Source of the DNA: Gemmatimonadales bacterium
GTDB taxonomy: Bacteria; Gemmatimonadota; Gemmatimonadetes; Gemmatimonadales; GWC2-71-9
DNA length: 64,000 bases
Assembly (NCBI GenBank): GCA_037189525.1
Contig: JBBCJC010000005.1
Span: 544,001 to 608,000, forward strand
Direction of reading: 5' to 3'
The notes below the pieces were generated by a model, which made no database searches, was not told where the DNA came from, and saw nothing but the letters and a program-made list of their open reading frames with translations. Position 1 is the first letter of the stretch. Every line of letters starts with the position of its first letter. Shown here in pieces: positions 36,731-47,177 of the stretch. The position numbers and the translations under genes were made by a program.

Positions 36731-38097
36731 GGCAGGCCTCCGTGTCGCGCGGCATCGGTCCAGGTGAGGAAGAGCCGGCCTTCCAGATAGGAGCGCCGGT
36801 CCCGCGGGGCATCCGGATACCGGCTGGTCCGGCGGTCGTCGCTCAGGTAGAGGCCGAGCCCGATTCCCCTGGTGAGCGGGACCATTGCCGTCGTGCCCGT
36901 GAACAACAGGTGATGATCGGCCTCGGCGCCGCTCACCGTGCGGAGCGAACGCCACCGGTTGTAGAGCGCGAGATATCTCCTGCCCCGATGCTCCAGCGCC
37001 ACTTCGGCGTTGACGCCGACCCCGGGGCCGAAATCGTAGGCACGCTCGCCGATGCCCGCGTGAGGGCCGTCGATGGCGCCGAGCAGCGTGGCCCCGACGG
37101 TCACCTCGGTGCGCAGCGACAGATCGCCGTCTCCAAGCCGCCAGCGCGAGAGGACTCCAGCCTCGAGCCCTTGCTCACCGTAGCGGTAGGCGAGGTTGTC
37201 GACATAATCGAATCGCTGATTGACGGTCCAGAGATGGCGATGGCGCGCGTCCTGCGCCGAGAACTCGCCGCCGTAGAGACGGCCCAGGCTGCGCAGGAGA
37301 TTGAGTCCGCCGCCGCCCGGGCTCACCTGGAGGCGCAGGGTGAAGACGTCGTACGGCGCCCGATAGGCTCGCTCGAAGGGATCGCGATAATTCAGATCGA
37401 TCAGGAAGGTGCTGGAGTACCGGTTCGACGCTCCGGCCTCACGCACGCGCCGGGCGCCTGCCGCGAACCGGACCATATAATCGGCCGCCTCATAGCCGGC
37501 CGGATTGGGTCGCCGTCGGGTCCATTCACCGCGCGCCAGCCGGTTGAGACCACCGATCGGATCGAAAACGGCGGCGGCGAGTTCGCGGGAGACCCGCGCT
37601 CCCCCGGTGAGTTCGGTATCCCGGACACTGCTGCTCACCTGGTGCAGCATCTCGCCGAGCGCAATACCACCGAAGCTCGTCATGAAGAAATCGTTGAGCG
37701 ACGGCCGGTGCATCTCGCCGAAATATTCCCAGGTCCACGAACCGAGAAAGGCGAACGGAACCGCCTCCCAGAAGTTCAGGCAGTTGGCGCGGGCGGCATT
37801 GAAGTAGAGGTTCCCATGGATCGGATGGGCGAACATGTTGGTTCCGAACGCGTTCTCGTCCCACTCCCACCCGAGCCGCAGGTTGCGAGACCAGCTTTCG
37901 AAATCGACCCCGGCCCATTCAGCCTGAAGGACGAATGCGTCGAAACGGTTGACGACATAGTTGACGGCGAGGGTCTGCGCAGCCGCAAGCAGGGGACGGC
38001 CCCGATCGCAACCGTCGCGACTAACCTGCGCCGTTGCCGGAGACGGAACGGCCATGGCCAGAGCGGCCATCATGAGCACTCCAGGCCGAATCCCCAT
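36727..38097 (-). CDS. DUF3943-like outer-membrane protein
   Basis: WEWDENAFGTNMFAHPIHGNLYFNAAR, WEYFGE, PSLND. Confidence 0.8.
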   Translation of the reverse strand: MGIRPGVLMMAALAMAVPSPATAQVSRDGCDRGRPLLAAAQTLAVNYVVNRFDAFVLQAEWAGVDFESWSRNLRLGWEWDENAFGTNMFAHPIHGNLYFNAARANCLNFWEAVPFAFLGSWTWEYFGEMHRPSLNDFFMTSFGGIALGEMLHQVSSSVRDTELTGGARVSRELAAAVFDPIGGLNRLARGEWTRRRPNPAGYEAADYMVRFAAGARRVREAGASNRYSSTFLIDLNYRDPFERAYRAPYDVFTLRLQVSPGGGGLNLLRSLGRLYGGEFSAQDARHRHLWTVNQRFDYVDNLAYRYGEQGLEAGVLSRWRLGDGDLSLRTEVTVGATLLGAIDGPHAGIGERAYDFGPGVGVNAEVALEHRGRRYLALYNRWRSLRTVSGAEADHHLLFTGTTAMVPLTRGIGLGLYLSDDRRTSRYPDAPRDRRSYLEGRLFLTWTDAARHGGLP

Positions 38098-38229
38098 GGC
38101 TGTAACCTGCCATGCCCAGCCTGAAGTTAGCGTGAAGGCACCCGGAACCGTGGCTCAGCAACGACCGTCGACGTCTTTCCTGTGGGCTGCGTCACAGCGG
38201 TGCGTGCGGAGGATGAGTAAGTTCTCTCC

Positions 38230-40347
38230 ATGCGCCTCGTGCGTACCTCTCCCCGACCGTTCTACCGCTCGATCGGCGCCGCCGCCTGCCTTCTCGGAAC
38301 GGCATGCGGAGCCACAGACACTCCGCCCCCGCCGCCGCCTCCGATGCCGCCCTCGATTGCCCTGGTATCCGGTGACGGTCAGGAGACCCTCGTCGGCGAT
38401 CCGCTGCTCCCCTTCGTGGTCCGGGTTTTCGATGCCAACGGCCCACGCCCCGGCCGAGCGGTCACATTCGCGGCAGCGATCGAAGGCGGAAACTGGGGTA
38501 CGCTGGCCCTCGTCAACACCGGCCCCGACGGTGTCGCATCGTTGCGGTGGCAACCGGACCCGAGACCGCAAACCTGGTTCGTGCGCGCCTCGGTCTCGGA
38601 GCGTGACACGGTCAGGTTTTCGGTCCGGATATCCCAGGGACCGCCCCACCACATCGAGGGCTGCTGCCATTTCGAGTTTGCCCCCCTGAGCAGCACGGTG
38701 CCGTATCCTCTCCCCGTCACCGTCCGCGACAAGGGGTACAACCCCATCGCCGGCCTGACCGTGACTTTCCGCGTTGCATCGGGCGGCGGCACCATCGCCG
38801 ACAGTGTTCAGGTGACCAACGGGGAGGGCGTCGCCCGCCTCAGCCATTGGACCCTCGGCCCCGCCGACCCGATCCAGACCGTTTCGGCAACCGTCGAAGG
38901 CGGGCTCTCGACGACGATCACCATGCTGGGCGCCCCCCATGGGATCGAGATCGTCTCGGGTGACCACCAGCGCGGCAATGTCGCCACGTACCTGAAGGAA
39001 CCGCTGGTCGTCCGCGTCCTCGGCCCCACCGGCGCACCACTCGGCGCAGGCTTCCCGGTCAGCTTCGAGAGCCCAGGCCCGAATGTCCTGTCCAGCGCCC
39101 TGACCGATTCGACCGGTACCGCCAAGTCCGGCCAGATCCACTTGAGTTGGGAGCCCGGTACCACCACCGTGACGGCGCGTTCCTTCGACCAACGTGTCGG
39201 GTTTACCGTGTCGCACAGCGTGCCGACTCCGGCGCGGATCATTCCCCTGACCGGAAGCGGCCTCACCACCTTTCCCGGCAACCTGTTCGCGACCCAGCCC
39301 AGCTTCCGCCTGGTCGACTCGGTCGGCGATCCGATCAGCGGCCATCACCCGCTCACGTTCACGGCATCCGACGGCGGAACCGTGCAGGCGTTCGGCTACG
39401 AAAACCCGCCGAGGGTGACGTACACCAGCCCCGACGGGGTCGGCACCATCCTCGCCTGGCGGCTCGGCACGACGCTCGGTGAGCAATCGTTGCGCGCGGC
39501 CTACGACGGCGCCGAACTGCTCGGTCGGGTGACGACCACCGTCGTCTCCGCCCCCGTCACATCCCAGTTCGGCATCGAGGTCCGCTTTTCCGATACGCTG
39601 CTCGCCGATTCCGTTCGCCAGGCCATCCGCGACGCCGCACAGGAATGGACCAAGGGCATCGTGGGCGACCTGCCCGATGTGCCGCTCGACCTCCCGGCCG
39701 ACGAGGACGGGTGCTACCCTGCGCTGCGCGAAACGGTCGACGACCTGCTGATCTTCGTGAGCGTCGTCAGAGGAGACGGCCCGGGCGGCGCGCTGGCCGG
39801 CGCCACGCCCTGCCTGGTGCGCGAAGGCAGCTTACTCCCGCTGGTCAGCCTGATTCTGATCGACGAGGCCGACCTCGAGTTCCTGGGCAAGTTTCGCATG
39901 GGGCGGGTCGCCCTTCATGAAATTGGCCATACCCTGGGCTTCGGCACACTGTGGCAAGCCTTGGACTTGTTCCGTCCGCCACCGAGCGAGGACGGCTATG
40001 TGGGTCGCGCAGCCGCGGCAGCGTTTTCAGAGGCCGTCTCTCCCAGCCAGTCGGTTCCGGTCCAGTACAGCGGCGGCCCCGGCACGAGATACTCGCACTG
40101 GGCCAATGTGTTCCCCGATGTGATGGTGGGATACCTGATGACGGGCCACGTCCTGAGTTCGATCACGCTCGGCGCCATGCGCGACTTGGGCTATGTGGTC
40201 GATGACCGCGCCGCGGAGCCGTTCCCGCCTGTGGCGCTGCGGACCGGACCGGTCCGGAATGAGGGCTTCCGCGAATGGGTGCCGCAGGTCAGGCTGCGCA
40301 CGGTCGGCCCTCGCGGCGCCGTTTCGGCACCGCACAATCTCCGTTAG
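38230..40347 (+). CDS. Lipoprotein with Ig-like repeats and leishmanolysin(M8)-like zinc metallopeptidase
   Basis: GTAC lipobox; VSGDxQ Big_1-type repeats; HEIGHTLGFG, SHW, DVM. Confidence 0.82.
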   Translation: MRLVRTSPRPFYRSIGAAACLLGTACGATDTPPPPPPPMPPSIALVSGDGQETLVGDPLLPFVVRVFDANGPRPGRAVTFAAAIEGGNWGTLALVNTGPDGVASLRWQPDPRPQTWFVRASVSERDTVRFSVRISQGPPHHIEGCCHFEFAPLSSTVPYPLPVTVRDKGYNPIAGLTVTFRVASGGGTIADSVQVTNGEGVARLSHWTLGPADPIQTVSATVEGGLSTTITMLGAPHGIEIVSGDHQRGNVATYLKEPLVVRVLGPTGAPLGAGFPVSFESPGPNVLSSALTDSTGTAKSGQIHLSWEPGTTTVTARSFDQRVGFTVSHSVPTPARIIPLTGSGLTTFPGNLFATQPSFRLVDSVGDPISGHHPLTFTASDGGTVQAFGYENPPRVTYTSPDGVGTILAWRLGTTLGEQSLRAAYDGAELLGRVTTTVVSAPVTSQFGIEVRFSDTLLADSVRQAIRDAAQEWTKGIVGDLPDVPLDLPADEDGCYPALRETVDDLLIFVSVVRGDGPGGALAGATPCLVREGSLLPLVSLILIDEADLEFLGKFRMGRVALHEIGHTLGFGTLWQALDLFRPPPSEDGYVGRAAAAAFSEAVSPSQSVPVQYSGGPGTRYSHWANVFPDVMVGYLMTGHVLSSITLGAMRDLGYVVDDRAAEPFPPVALRTGPVRNEGFREWVPQVRLRTVGPRGAVSAPHNLR

Positions 40348-40388
40348 GGATAATCCGAACGTCCGGGCGGGACCGCTCGGCCCCGTCC

Positions 40389-41282
40389 CTACCTCCGCAC
40401 GTGCCGGTTGAAGAACGCCACCGTCCGATCCCATGCCAGCTTCGCAGCAGCGGCGTCATAGCGTGGCGTGGTATCGTTGTTGAAACCGTGCTGCGTTCCC
40501 GGATACAGGTACCGCTCGTAGTCGACCTTGGCCGCCTCGAGGGCCGCTTCGAAGGCCGGCCAGCTGGCATTGATCCGCGGGTCCTGCTCCGCCGACTGGA
40601 TCAGCAGCGGGCATCGGATCTTCGGCACATCCTCGACGTTGGGTGACGAGCCGTAGAACGCCACCCCTGCCGCCAGCTCCGCACCGAGCCGCGTAGCGAG
40701 GTAGTTCACCATCCCACCGCCGTAACAGAACCCCACCGCCCCGACCCGTCCGATCGACTCCGGCCGGCGCGCCAGGAGGCCCACCGCTGCCACGAAATCC
40801 TCCCGCGTCTTGGCCTGATCGAGCTGTGGAAACAATTCTCGGGCCTTGTCCTCGTTGCCCGGATAGCCGCCGAGCGGAAAGAGCGCGTCCGGAGCAAACG
40901 CAACGAAGTTGTCGACCGCGAGCCGCCGCGTGATATCCTCGATGTGCGGGTTGAGACCGCGATTCTCATGGATGACCAGAATGGCGGGCAATTTGGCCGT
41001 CGCCCCCGCCGGCGCCGCGAGATAGCCCCGCGCCCGTCCGTAGCCGTTGGGCGAGTCGTACTCGAGATACTCGGCGCTGATCCGCGCATCGGCCGGGGCG
41101 ACGACCTGCGCCTCGAGGAACTTGGGGCTCAGCTGCTCCAGCAACATCGCGGCGGTGACCCCACCCACCGCGAACTTGGCCGCCCGGTCGAGAAAGGTCC
41201 GGCGGTCGATGGTGCCGTGGACATACGCATCGAACAGAATCAGCAATTCCTGATCGAAGTCGTGGGCGGTCTTCCGGGTCAT
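40389..41282 (-). CDS. Dienelactone hydrolase family (YghX-like)
   Basis: FDAYVHGTIDRRTFL, HENRGLNPHIED, GFCYGG, HGFNND. Confidence 0.92.
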   Translation of the reverse strand: MTRKTAHDFDQELLILFDAYVHGTIDRRTFLDRAAKFAVGGVTAAMLLEQLSPKFLEAQVVAPADARISAEYLEYDSPNGYGRARGYLAAPAGATAKLPAILVIHENRGLNPHIEDITRRLAVDNFVAFAPDALFPLGGYPGNEDKARELFPQLDQAKTREDFVAAVGLLARRPESIGRVGAVGFCYGGGMVNYLATRLGAELAAGVAFYGSSPNVEDVPKIRCPLLIQSAEQDPRINASWPAFEAALEAAKVDYERYLYPGTQHGFNNDTTPRYDAAAAKLAWDRTVAFFNRHVRR

Positions 41283-41496
41283 GCGTCGCTCCGGGGTGGG
41301 CGGTCTCCCCCAATCTAGCACACAATCCTGAACTCACCCGTTGGAAGATGATGCCGGAGAGGAGGCCCCAAAGCCCCCGAGTCACCCGGAGCCGCTCGGC
41401 GTCGTTGTGGAATAACGGCATGAAGTGTGTTTCTGGTACACTCCGCCGTGTCCTGCTCACTACCTTGGATCAGGGGTTCGATTGCTCGCAACCAAA

Positions 41497-41525
41497 TTGA
41501 CAACCGTCACGTTACACGTTACGAT
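41497..41525 (+). promoter_or_regulatory. Sigma70 promoter of higBA with overlapping operator
   Basis: TTGACA(41497)-17 bp-TACGAT(41520); inverted repeat CGTCACG-N5-CGTTACG (41505-41523). Confidence 0.75.
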
Positions 41526-41528
41526 ATT

Positions 41529-41810
41529 ATAATCCGATCTTTTGCGGATAAACGTACAGCCAAGTTGTTCGTACGAGGGTGGGCGGCCGGATTGCCCCCC
41601 GACATCACACGGCGTGCCGTACGTAAACTCGAGTACGTTCACCTCGCGACCCGGCTCGACGACCTGCGGGTGCCAGCGGGTAATCGCTTTCATGCACTCC
41701 GTGGCGACCGGCAAGGGCAATACGCGATTGCCGTCAACGACCAGTGGCGCATCTGTTTCCGTTTCGTTGACGACGATGCGTACGACGTTGAGATCTGCGA
41801 CTATCACTGA
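41529..41810 (+). CDS. higB: HigB (RelE/ParE family) toxin; expected start codon reads ATA
   Basis: IRSFADK...DLRVPAGNRFHALRGDRQGQYAIAVNDQWRICFRF...VEICDYH. Confidence 0.85.
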   Translation: MIRSFADKRTAKLFVRGWAAGLPPDITRRAVRKLEYVHLATRLDDLRVPAGNRFHALRGDRQGQYAIAVNDQWRICFRFVDDDAYDVEICDYH

Positions 41811-41821
41811 GGCAAGATGTC

Positions 41822-42136
41822 ATGAGCATCTCCAATACGCGCCCACGGAAGCGGCGACCGACGCACCCCGGCGAGATGTTGCGCGAAGACTTCATGCCCG
41901 ACTACGGTCTCACGGTGGCAAGCCTCGCCGAATCGGCAGGCGTCTCGCGCCAATCCATCAACGAACTCCTGCGGGAACGGCGGGCCTTGAGCCCCGAAAT
42001 GGCACTCCGCCTCGCTCGCCTGTTCGGCAACTCGGCCGAGTTCTGGCTGAACGCGCAACGGGCCGTCGACCTCTGGGAGGCGGCGCACGCGCTCAAGGCG
42101 GAGATGGCCCGCATCAAGCCGTTGCGCGTGGCATAG
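41822..42136 (+). CDS. higA: HigA antitoxin (XRE HTH)
   Basis: PTHPGEMLREDF, SPEMALRLARLFGNSAEFWLNAQ. Confidence 0.93.
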   Translation: MSISNTRPRKRRPTHPGEMLREDFMPDYGLTVASLAESAGVSRQSINELLRERRALSPEMALRLARLFGNSAEFWLNAQRAVDLWEAAHALKAEMARIKPLRVA

Positions 42137-42271
42137 ACTGCCCTCTCCGTCGAACGCCGATTCAGCGTCCGAATTAATGCGGGGCCGGTCCCCCTCTCCG
42201 GGGACATTTCAGCGGATTGGACATCTATATATGCCTTGCCAGATTAACGGCAGCCGGGTAGAGTGACACCC

Positions 42272-45187
42272 ATGTCGCTCATTGTCCTCCTGCTCCTGCC
42301 ATTCCTGGGCAGCCTGGTCACCGCACTGCTCCCGACCCGCGCCCGGAACATGCTCGCCAGCTGGGCGGGACTCGTCTCGGCAGGCGCGGCGGCGTGGGTC
42401 ATCAGCCTGTTCCCCCATGTCCGGGATGGCGGGGTGATTCGGGAGGAGATCTCGTGGATCCCATCCCTGGGACTCGACCTGGTCCTCCGGGTCGACGGCT
42501 TTGCCTGGATGTTCGCGGGGCTGGTCACGGTCTTGGGCGCGCTCGTCTCGCTGTACTCGCGCTACTACATGTCCCCGGAAGATCCGGTGGCCCGCTTCTA
42601 TGCGTCCTTCCTGGCGTTCATGGGCGCGATGCTCGGCGTGGTGCTCTCGGGTAACCTGATCCAGCTGGTGCTGTTCTGGGAACTCACCAGCCTGTTCTCA
42701 TTCCTGCTGATCGGCTACTGGTACCATCGCGAGGATGCCCGGCGCGGCGCCCGGATGGCGCTGACGATAACCGGCGCAGGGGGCCTCGCCCTCCTGGGCG
42801 GCGTGATCCTGCTCGGGCAGATCGTTGGCAGCTACGACCTGGAGACGGTACTCGCCTCTGGCGACCTGATCCGCACCGACCCGCGTTACCCGGCGGCCCT
42901 GGTGCTGATCCTGCTCGGCGTGTTCACCAAGAGCGCCCAGTTCCCGTTCCACTTCTGGCTGCCCCGCGCCATGGCGGCGCCGACTCCCGTGTCCGCCTAC
43001 CTCCACTCGGCCACGATGGTCAAAGCCGGGGTCTTCCTGCTGGCGCGGCTCTGGCCGGCGCTGTCGGGGACCGATCTGTGGTTCTGGCTGGTCGGCGGCG
43101 TCGGCGTGACGACGCTTCTGATCGGTGCGTACGTCGCGATGTTCCAGAACGACCTGAAGGGCCTGCTGGCGTACTCGACCATCAGCCACCTGGGTCTCAT
43201 CACTCTGCTCTTCGGTCTCAACAGTCCGCTCGCTGCGGTGGCCGGCGTGTTCCACATCATGAACCACGCGACGTTCAAGGCGTCGCTGTTCATGGCCGCA
43301 GGCATCGTCGACCACGAGACCGGTACCCGCGACATCCGGCGCCTCAACGGCTTGCTCCGCGCCATGCCGATCACCGGGACGCTCGCACTGGTGGCCAGCG
43401 CGGCGATGGCCGGCGTGCCGCTCCTCAACGGGTTCCTCTCCAAGGAGATGTTCTTCGCGGAGACGGTGTTCCTCAAGTCGCGTCCCTGGATCGAGATCGG
43501 CCTGCCGGCGGCGGCCACCCTCGCCGGGATCTTTGCCGTCGTCTACTCGCTGCGCTTCGGCTACGACATCTTCTTCGGCCCGCCCTCGACCGACCTGCCC
43601 CGCGAGCCCGAGGAGCCGCCGCGCTGGATGCGGATTCCGGTCGACCTGCTGGTGTTCGCCTGCCTGGTGGTCGGCATCATCCCCTCCATGTCGATCGGTC
43701 CGTTCCTGGCCGAGGCGGCCCGGCCGGTGGTGGGCGGGGTGCTGCCGGCGTACAGCCTGGCCGTGTGGCACGGCTTCAATGCGCCCTTCATCATGAGTCT
43801 GGTGGCGGTGGCCGGCGGCATCGTCGGCTATCTGATCCTCCGCCGGTATCAGGAACGCGGGCTGCTCCTGGCCACGCCGCTGGTCAGTCGGCTCAACAGC
43901 AAGCGGATGTTCGAACGCACCCTGGCCTGGTTTGCGCGGCTGTCGAACAAAACGCTTCGGGTAGTCGGCACCGACCGTCTCCAGCCGCAGATGTTCGTGA
44001 TCATCGCGGTGGCGCTGCTGCTCGGCTTCCTCGCATCACAGACCGTACCGCTCGTCTGGGGCGACCGGGCGCGCCTCCCGACTTCGCCGGCGTTCGTACT
44101 GCTGTGGGTGACCGGGATCGTCTGCGCCATCGGCGCAGCCGCCCAGGCCAAGTTTCACCGCCTGGTGGCGTTGACCCTGCTGGGCGGCGTAGGGCTCGTC
44201 ACCTGCCTCACCTTCATCTGGTTCTCGGCGCCCGATCTCGCGCTGACCCAGCTGGCGGTCGAGGTGGTGACGACGATCCTGTTCCTGCTCGGCTTGCGCT
44301 GGCTCCCGATGCGACTGGAAACAGCGTTGCCGCGGCTCACCTGGCGCGACCGGGGCCGGCGAACCCGCGACCTGCTGCTCGCCATCGGCACCGGCAGCGG
44401 GCTCGCGGCGCTCTCCTACGCGATGCTGACCCGGCCCGCAACACAAAGCATTTCTCCCTTCTTCCTGAGCCGTTCGCTGCCGGAAGGGGGCGGCGCCAAC
44501 GTCGTCAACGTGATCCTGGTCGACTTTCGCGCCTTCGATACGCTCGGAGAAATTTCCGTGCTCTCGGCGGTGGCGCTGACGGTCTTCGCGCTCCTCCGCC
44601 GCTTTCGGCCGCCGGAGGAAAGCATCGGAGAGACATCGCAGCAGCAGGCCCTGCACGCCGAGACCGATACCGACCTGGTGAGTCCACGCGTCGCGCGGGA
44701 TGCGGGACGCGGCTATCTGATGGTGCCGATGGTGATTGCCCGGATGCTGATGCCGGTGGCCGTCATCGTCGCCGTGCACCTGCTGCTCCGCGGCCATAAC
44801 GCGCCGGGCGGCGGATTCGTCGCGGGGCTGGCCATTGCCATTGCGTTCCTGATCCAGTATCTGGTCGCCGGAACGCACTGGGTCGAGTTGCGTACCAAGC
44901 TACGGCCGGCCCGCTGGATCAGTCTGGGGTTGCTGTATGCCGCCGCCACCGGTCTTGGCGCCGTGGTCATCGGCTATCCGTTCCTGACGACGCACACACC
45001 GCACTTTACGCTGCCGCTGGTCGGTGAGGTGCACATTCCGAGCGCCACATTCTTCGATCTCGGAGTCTTCGGCGTGGTCGTCGGCGCCACCCTGCTCATC
45101 CTCACGGCACTGGCTCACCAATCGACCCGTGCCCACCGCCGGCGGACATCGCCCCCCGACACGTCGGAAAGCCGAGGAGCTGCCTGA
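42272..45187 (+). CDS. mrpA: Monovalent cation/H+ antiporter subunit A/B fusion
   Basis: TKSAQFPFHFWLP, AMAAPTPVSAYLHSATMVKAG; fused MrpB part GHNAPGGGF; alternative GTG start 42263. Confidence 0.95.
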   Translation: MSLIVLLLLPFLGSLVTALLPTRARNMLASWAGLVSAGAAAWVISLFPHVRDGGVIREEISWIPSLGLDLVLRVDGFAWMFAGLVTVLGALVSLYSRYYMSPEDPVARFYASFLAFMGAMLGVVLSGNLIQLVLFWELTSLFSFLLIGYWYHREDARRGARMALTITGAGGLALLGGVILLGQIVGSYDLETVLASGDLIRTDPRYPAALVLILLGVFTKSAQFPFHFWLPRAMAAPTPVSAYLHSATMVKAGVFLLARLWPALSGTDLWFWLVGGVGVTTLLIGAYVAMFQNDLKGLLAYSTISHLGLITLLFGLNSPLAAVAGVFHIMNHATFKASLFMAAGIVDHETGTRDIRRLNGLLRAMPITGTLALVASAAMAGVPLLNGFLSKEMFFAETVFLKSRPWIEIGLPAAATLAGIFAVVYSLRFGYDIFFGPPSTDLPREPEEPPRWMRIPVDLLVFACLVVGIIPSMSIGPFLAEAARPVVGGVLPAYSLAVWHGFNAPFIMSLVAVAGGIVGYLILRRYQERGLLLATPLVSRLNSKRMFERTLAWFARLSNKTLRVVGTDRLQPQMFVIIAVALLLGFLASQTVPLVWGDRARLPTSPAFVLLWVTGIVCAIGAAAQAKFHRLVALTLLGGVGLVTCLTFIWFSAPDLALTQLAVEVVTTILFLLGLRWLPMRLETALPRLTWRDRGRRTRDLLLAIGTGSGLAALSYAMLTRPATQSISPFFLSRSLPEGGGANVVNVILVDFRAFDTLGEISVLSAVALTVFALLRRFRPPEESIGETSQQQALHAETDTDLVSPRVARDAGRGYLMVPMVIARMLMPVAVIVAVHLLLRGHNAPGGGFVAGLAIAIAFLIQYLVAGTHWVELRTKLRPARWISLGLLYAAATGLGAVVIGYPFLTTHTPHFTLPLVGEVHIPSATFFDLGVFGVVVGATLLILTALAHQSTRAHRRRTSPPDTSESRGAA

Positions 45188-45528
45188 TGGAAGCCCTGCT
45201 CGCGCTCGTCATCGGAGTGCTCGGCGGAGCCGGCGTGTGGCTCGTGCTCAGGCCGCGAACCTTCCAGGTAATCCTGGGGCTCGCGCTCCTGTCGTACGCC
45301 GTCAATCTCTTCATCTTCAGCATGGGCAGCCTGGTCATCGATCAGCCGCCCATCGTCAAGCCGGGCGTGGCGCCCACACTGGACCAATACACGGACCCGA
45401 TGCCGCAGGCTCTGGTGCTCACCGCGATCGTGATCGGCTTCGCGACGACGGCGCTCTTTCTCGTCCTGCTGCTTGCTTCGCGCGGGCTGACCGGTACCGA
45501 CCACGTCGATGGTAAGGAACCGTCATGA
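45187..45528 (+). CDS. mrpC: Na+(K+)/H+ antiporter subunit C
   Basis: DPMPQALVLTAIVIGFA. Confidence 0.95.
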   Translation: MEALLALVIGVLGGAGVWLVLRPRTFQVILGLALLSYAVNLFIFSMGSLVIDQPPIVKPGVAPTLDQYTDPMPQALVLTAIVIGFATTALFLVLLLASRGLTGTDHVDGKEPS

Positions 45529-47177
45529 CCTGGGCCTTGCCACACCTCCTCATCGTCCCGGTCATCCTGCCGCTGCTCTCGGCGGTGATCATGCTCCTGA
45601 TCGGGTCCGAGCGCGGGCGATCGAAATCGATCGTCAACGTCCTGGCGACGCTGGCAGGCCTGCTCGTTGCGCTGGAAATTCTCCGACGGGTCGACGGAAG
45701 CGGCGGCTCCGGTGTCATCGGCGTCTACCTCGCCGCCAACTGGGAAGCTCCCTTCGGCATCGTGCTCGTAGCAGACCGCCTCGCCGCCCTGATGCTGGTG
45801 CTGACCGGCGTCGTCAGCCTGGGCGCAGCGCTGTACTCGATGGCCGGCTGGGGCCGCGCGGGCGTCTACTTCCACCCGCTGTTCCAGATCCAGTTGATGG
45901 GATTGAACGGGGCGTTCCTGACCGGCGACCTCTTCAATCTCTTCGTCTTCTTCGAAGTGGCGCTGGCCGCTTCCTACGGACTGCAGCTGCACGGCTCGGG
46001 ACCGACCCGAGTGCGGTCGGGGTTGCATTACCTCGCAATCAACCTGCTGGCGTCGTCGCTCTTCCTGGTTGGCCTCGCCATGATTTACGGCGTGATGGGA
46101 ACGCTGTCGATGGCCGACGTGGCCGCGAAGCTCCCGCACGTGGTCGAGGCCGATCGCGGCCTGCTGCATGCGGGCGTGGCCATTCTCGCGGTCGCGTTCC
46201 TCACCAAGGCCGCGATGTGGCCGCTCAATTCCTGGCTCGTTCCGGCGTATCTGTCGGCGAGTGCCCCGGTCGCCGCGCTCTTTGCGCTGATGACCAAGCT
46301 GGGCATCTACACGCTGCTGCGTCTCTGGACCCTGCTCTTTTCCGCCGATGCCGGCCCGTCGGCGCATTTCGGGGGGCCGCTCTTTCTCTACGGCGGTCTC
46401 GCAACCATCGGGTTCGGCGTCCTGGGGCTCATGGCGACACTGAAGCTCGGACGGATTGCGGGCTTCTCGATCATCGTGTCCTCGGGCACCCTGCTAGCCG
46501 CGCTCGGATTCGGCGCGGTGTCCGTCACGTCCGCTGCGCTGTACTATCTCCTGAGTTCTACTCTCGCAGCGAGCGCGCTGTTCCTCCTCGTCGAGCTGGT
46601 CGAACGCACCCGGAACGGCGAACCCGAACCGCTGCGCGAGGTCGATCTGGAGCCCGGCGAGGACACCAACCTCGACGACGACGAAGCCCCGCTCGTCGGT
46701 CGCGCCATCCCGGTCTCGCTGGCGCTGCTCGGCGTGGCCTTCATTGCCTGCGCCCTGCTGGTGGCGGGGCTGCCGCCGCTCTCGGGATTCATCGCGAAGT
46801 TTTCGATCATGGCCGCCATCGTGAGCCCCCCGGGCTACGGCGCACCGAGCGTACCCACGTCGATTGCGTGGGGGCTATTCGGCTTGCTGCTCCTTTCGGG
46901 ACTGGTGGCGACGATCGGGATGTCGAGAGCCGGAATTCGGCACTTCTGGACCGAGGCCGATCAACCGCCGCAGATCAAGGTCGCCGAGGCCGTACCGGTT
47001 CTCGCGCTCATCATCGTATGCGTGTGGCTCACGGCGCAGGCTGAACAAGTCATGCGCTACACCCATGCCACCGCCCGATCGCTGCATGCACCGACGGCCT
47101 ACATCGATGCGGTGCTGTCGACCCGACCGATCCCCGGGCCCACGCGACCCAATATCGACGGGGGAGGCGCGCCGTGA
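45525..47177 (+). CDS. mrpD: Antiporter subunit D
   Basis: GAFLTGDLFNLFVFFE, GLPPLSGFIAK. Confidence 0.95.
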   Translation: MTWALPHLLIVPVILPLLSAVIMLLIGSERGRSKSIVNVLATLAGLLVALEILRRVDGSGGSGVIGVYLAANWEAPFGIVLVADRLAALMLVLTGVVSLGAALYSMAGWGRAGVYFHPLFQIQLMGLNGAFLTGDLFNLFVFFEVALAASYGLQLHGSGPTRVRSGLHYLAINLLASSLFLVGLAMIYGVMGTLSMADVAAKLPHVVEADRGLLHAGVAILAVAFLTKAAMWPLNSWLVPAYLSASAPVAALFALMTKLGIYTLLRLWTLLFSADAGPSAHFGGPLFLYGGLATIGFGVLGLMATLKLGRIAGFSIIVSSGTLLAALGFGAVSVTSAALYYLLSSTLAASALFLLVELVERTRNGEPEPLREVDLEPGEDTNLDDDEAPLVGRAIPVSLALLGVAFIACALLVAGLPPLSGFIAKFSIMAAIVSPPGYGAPSVPTSIAWGLFGLLLLSGLVATIGMSRAGIRHFWTEADQPPQIKVAEAVPVLALIIVCVWLTAQAEQVMRYTHATARSLHAPTAYIDAVLSTRPIPGPTRPNIDGGGAP

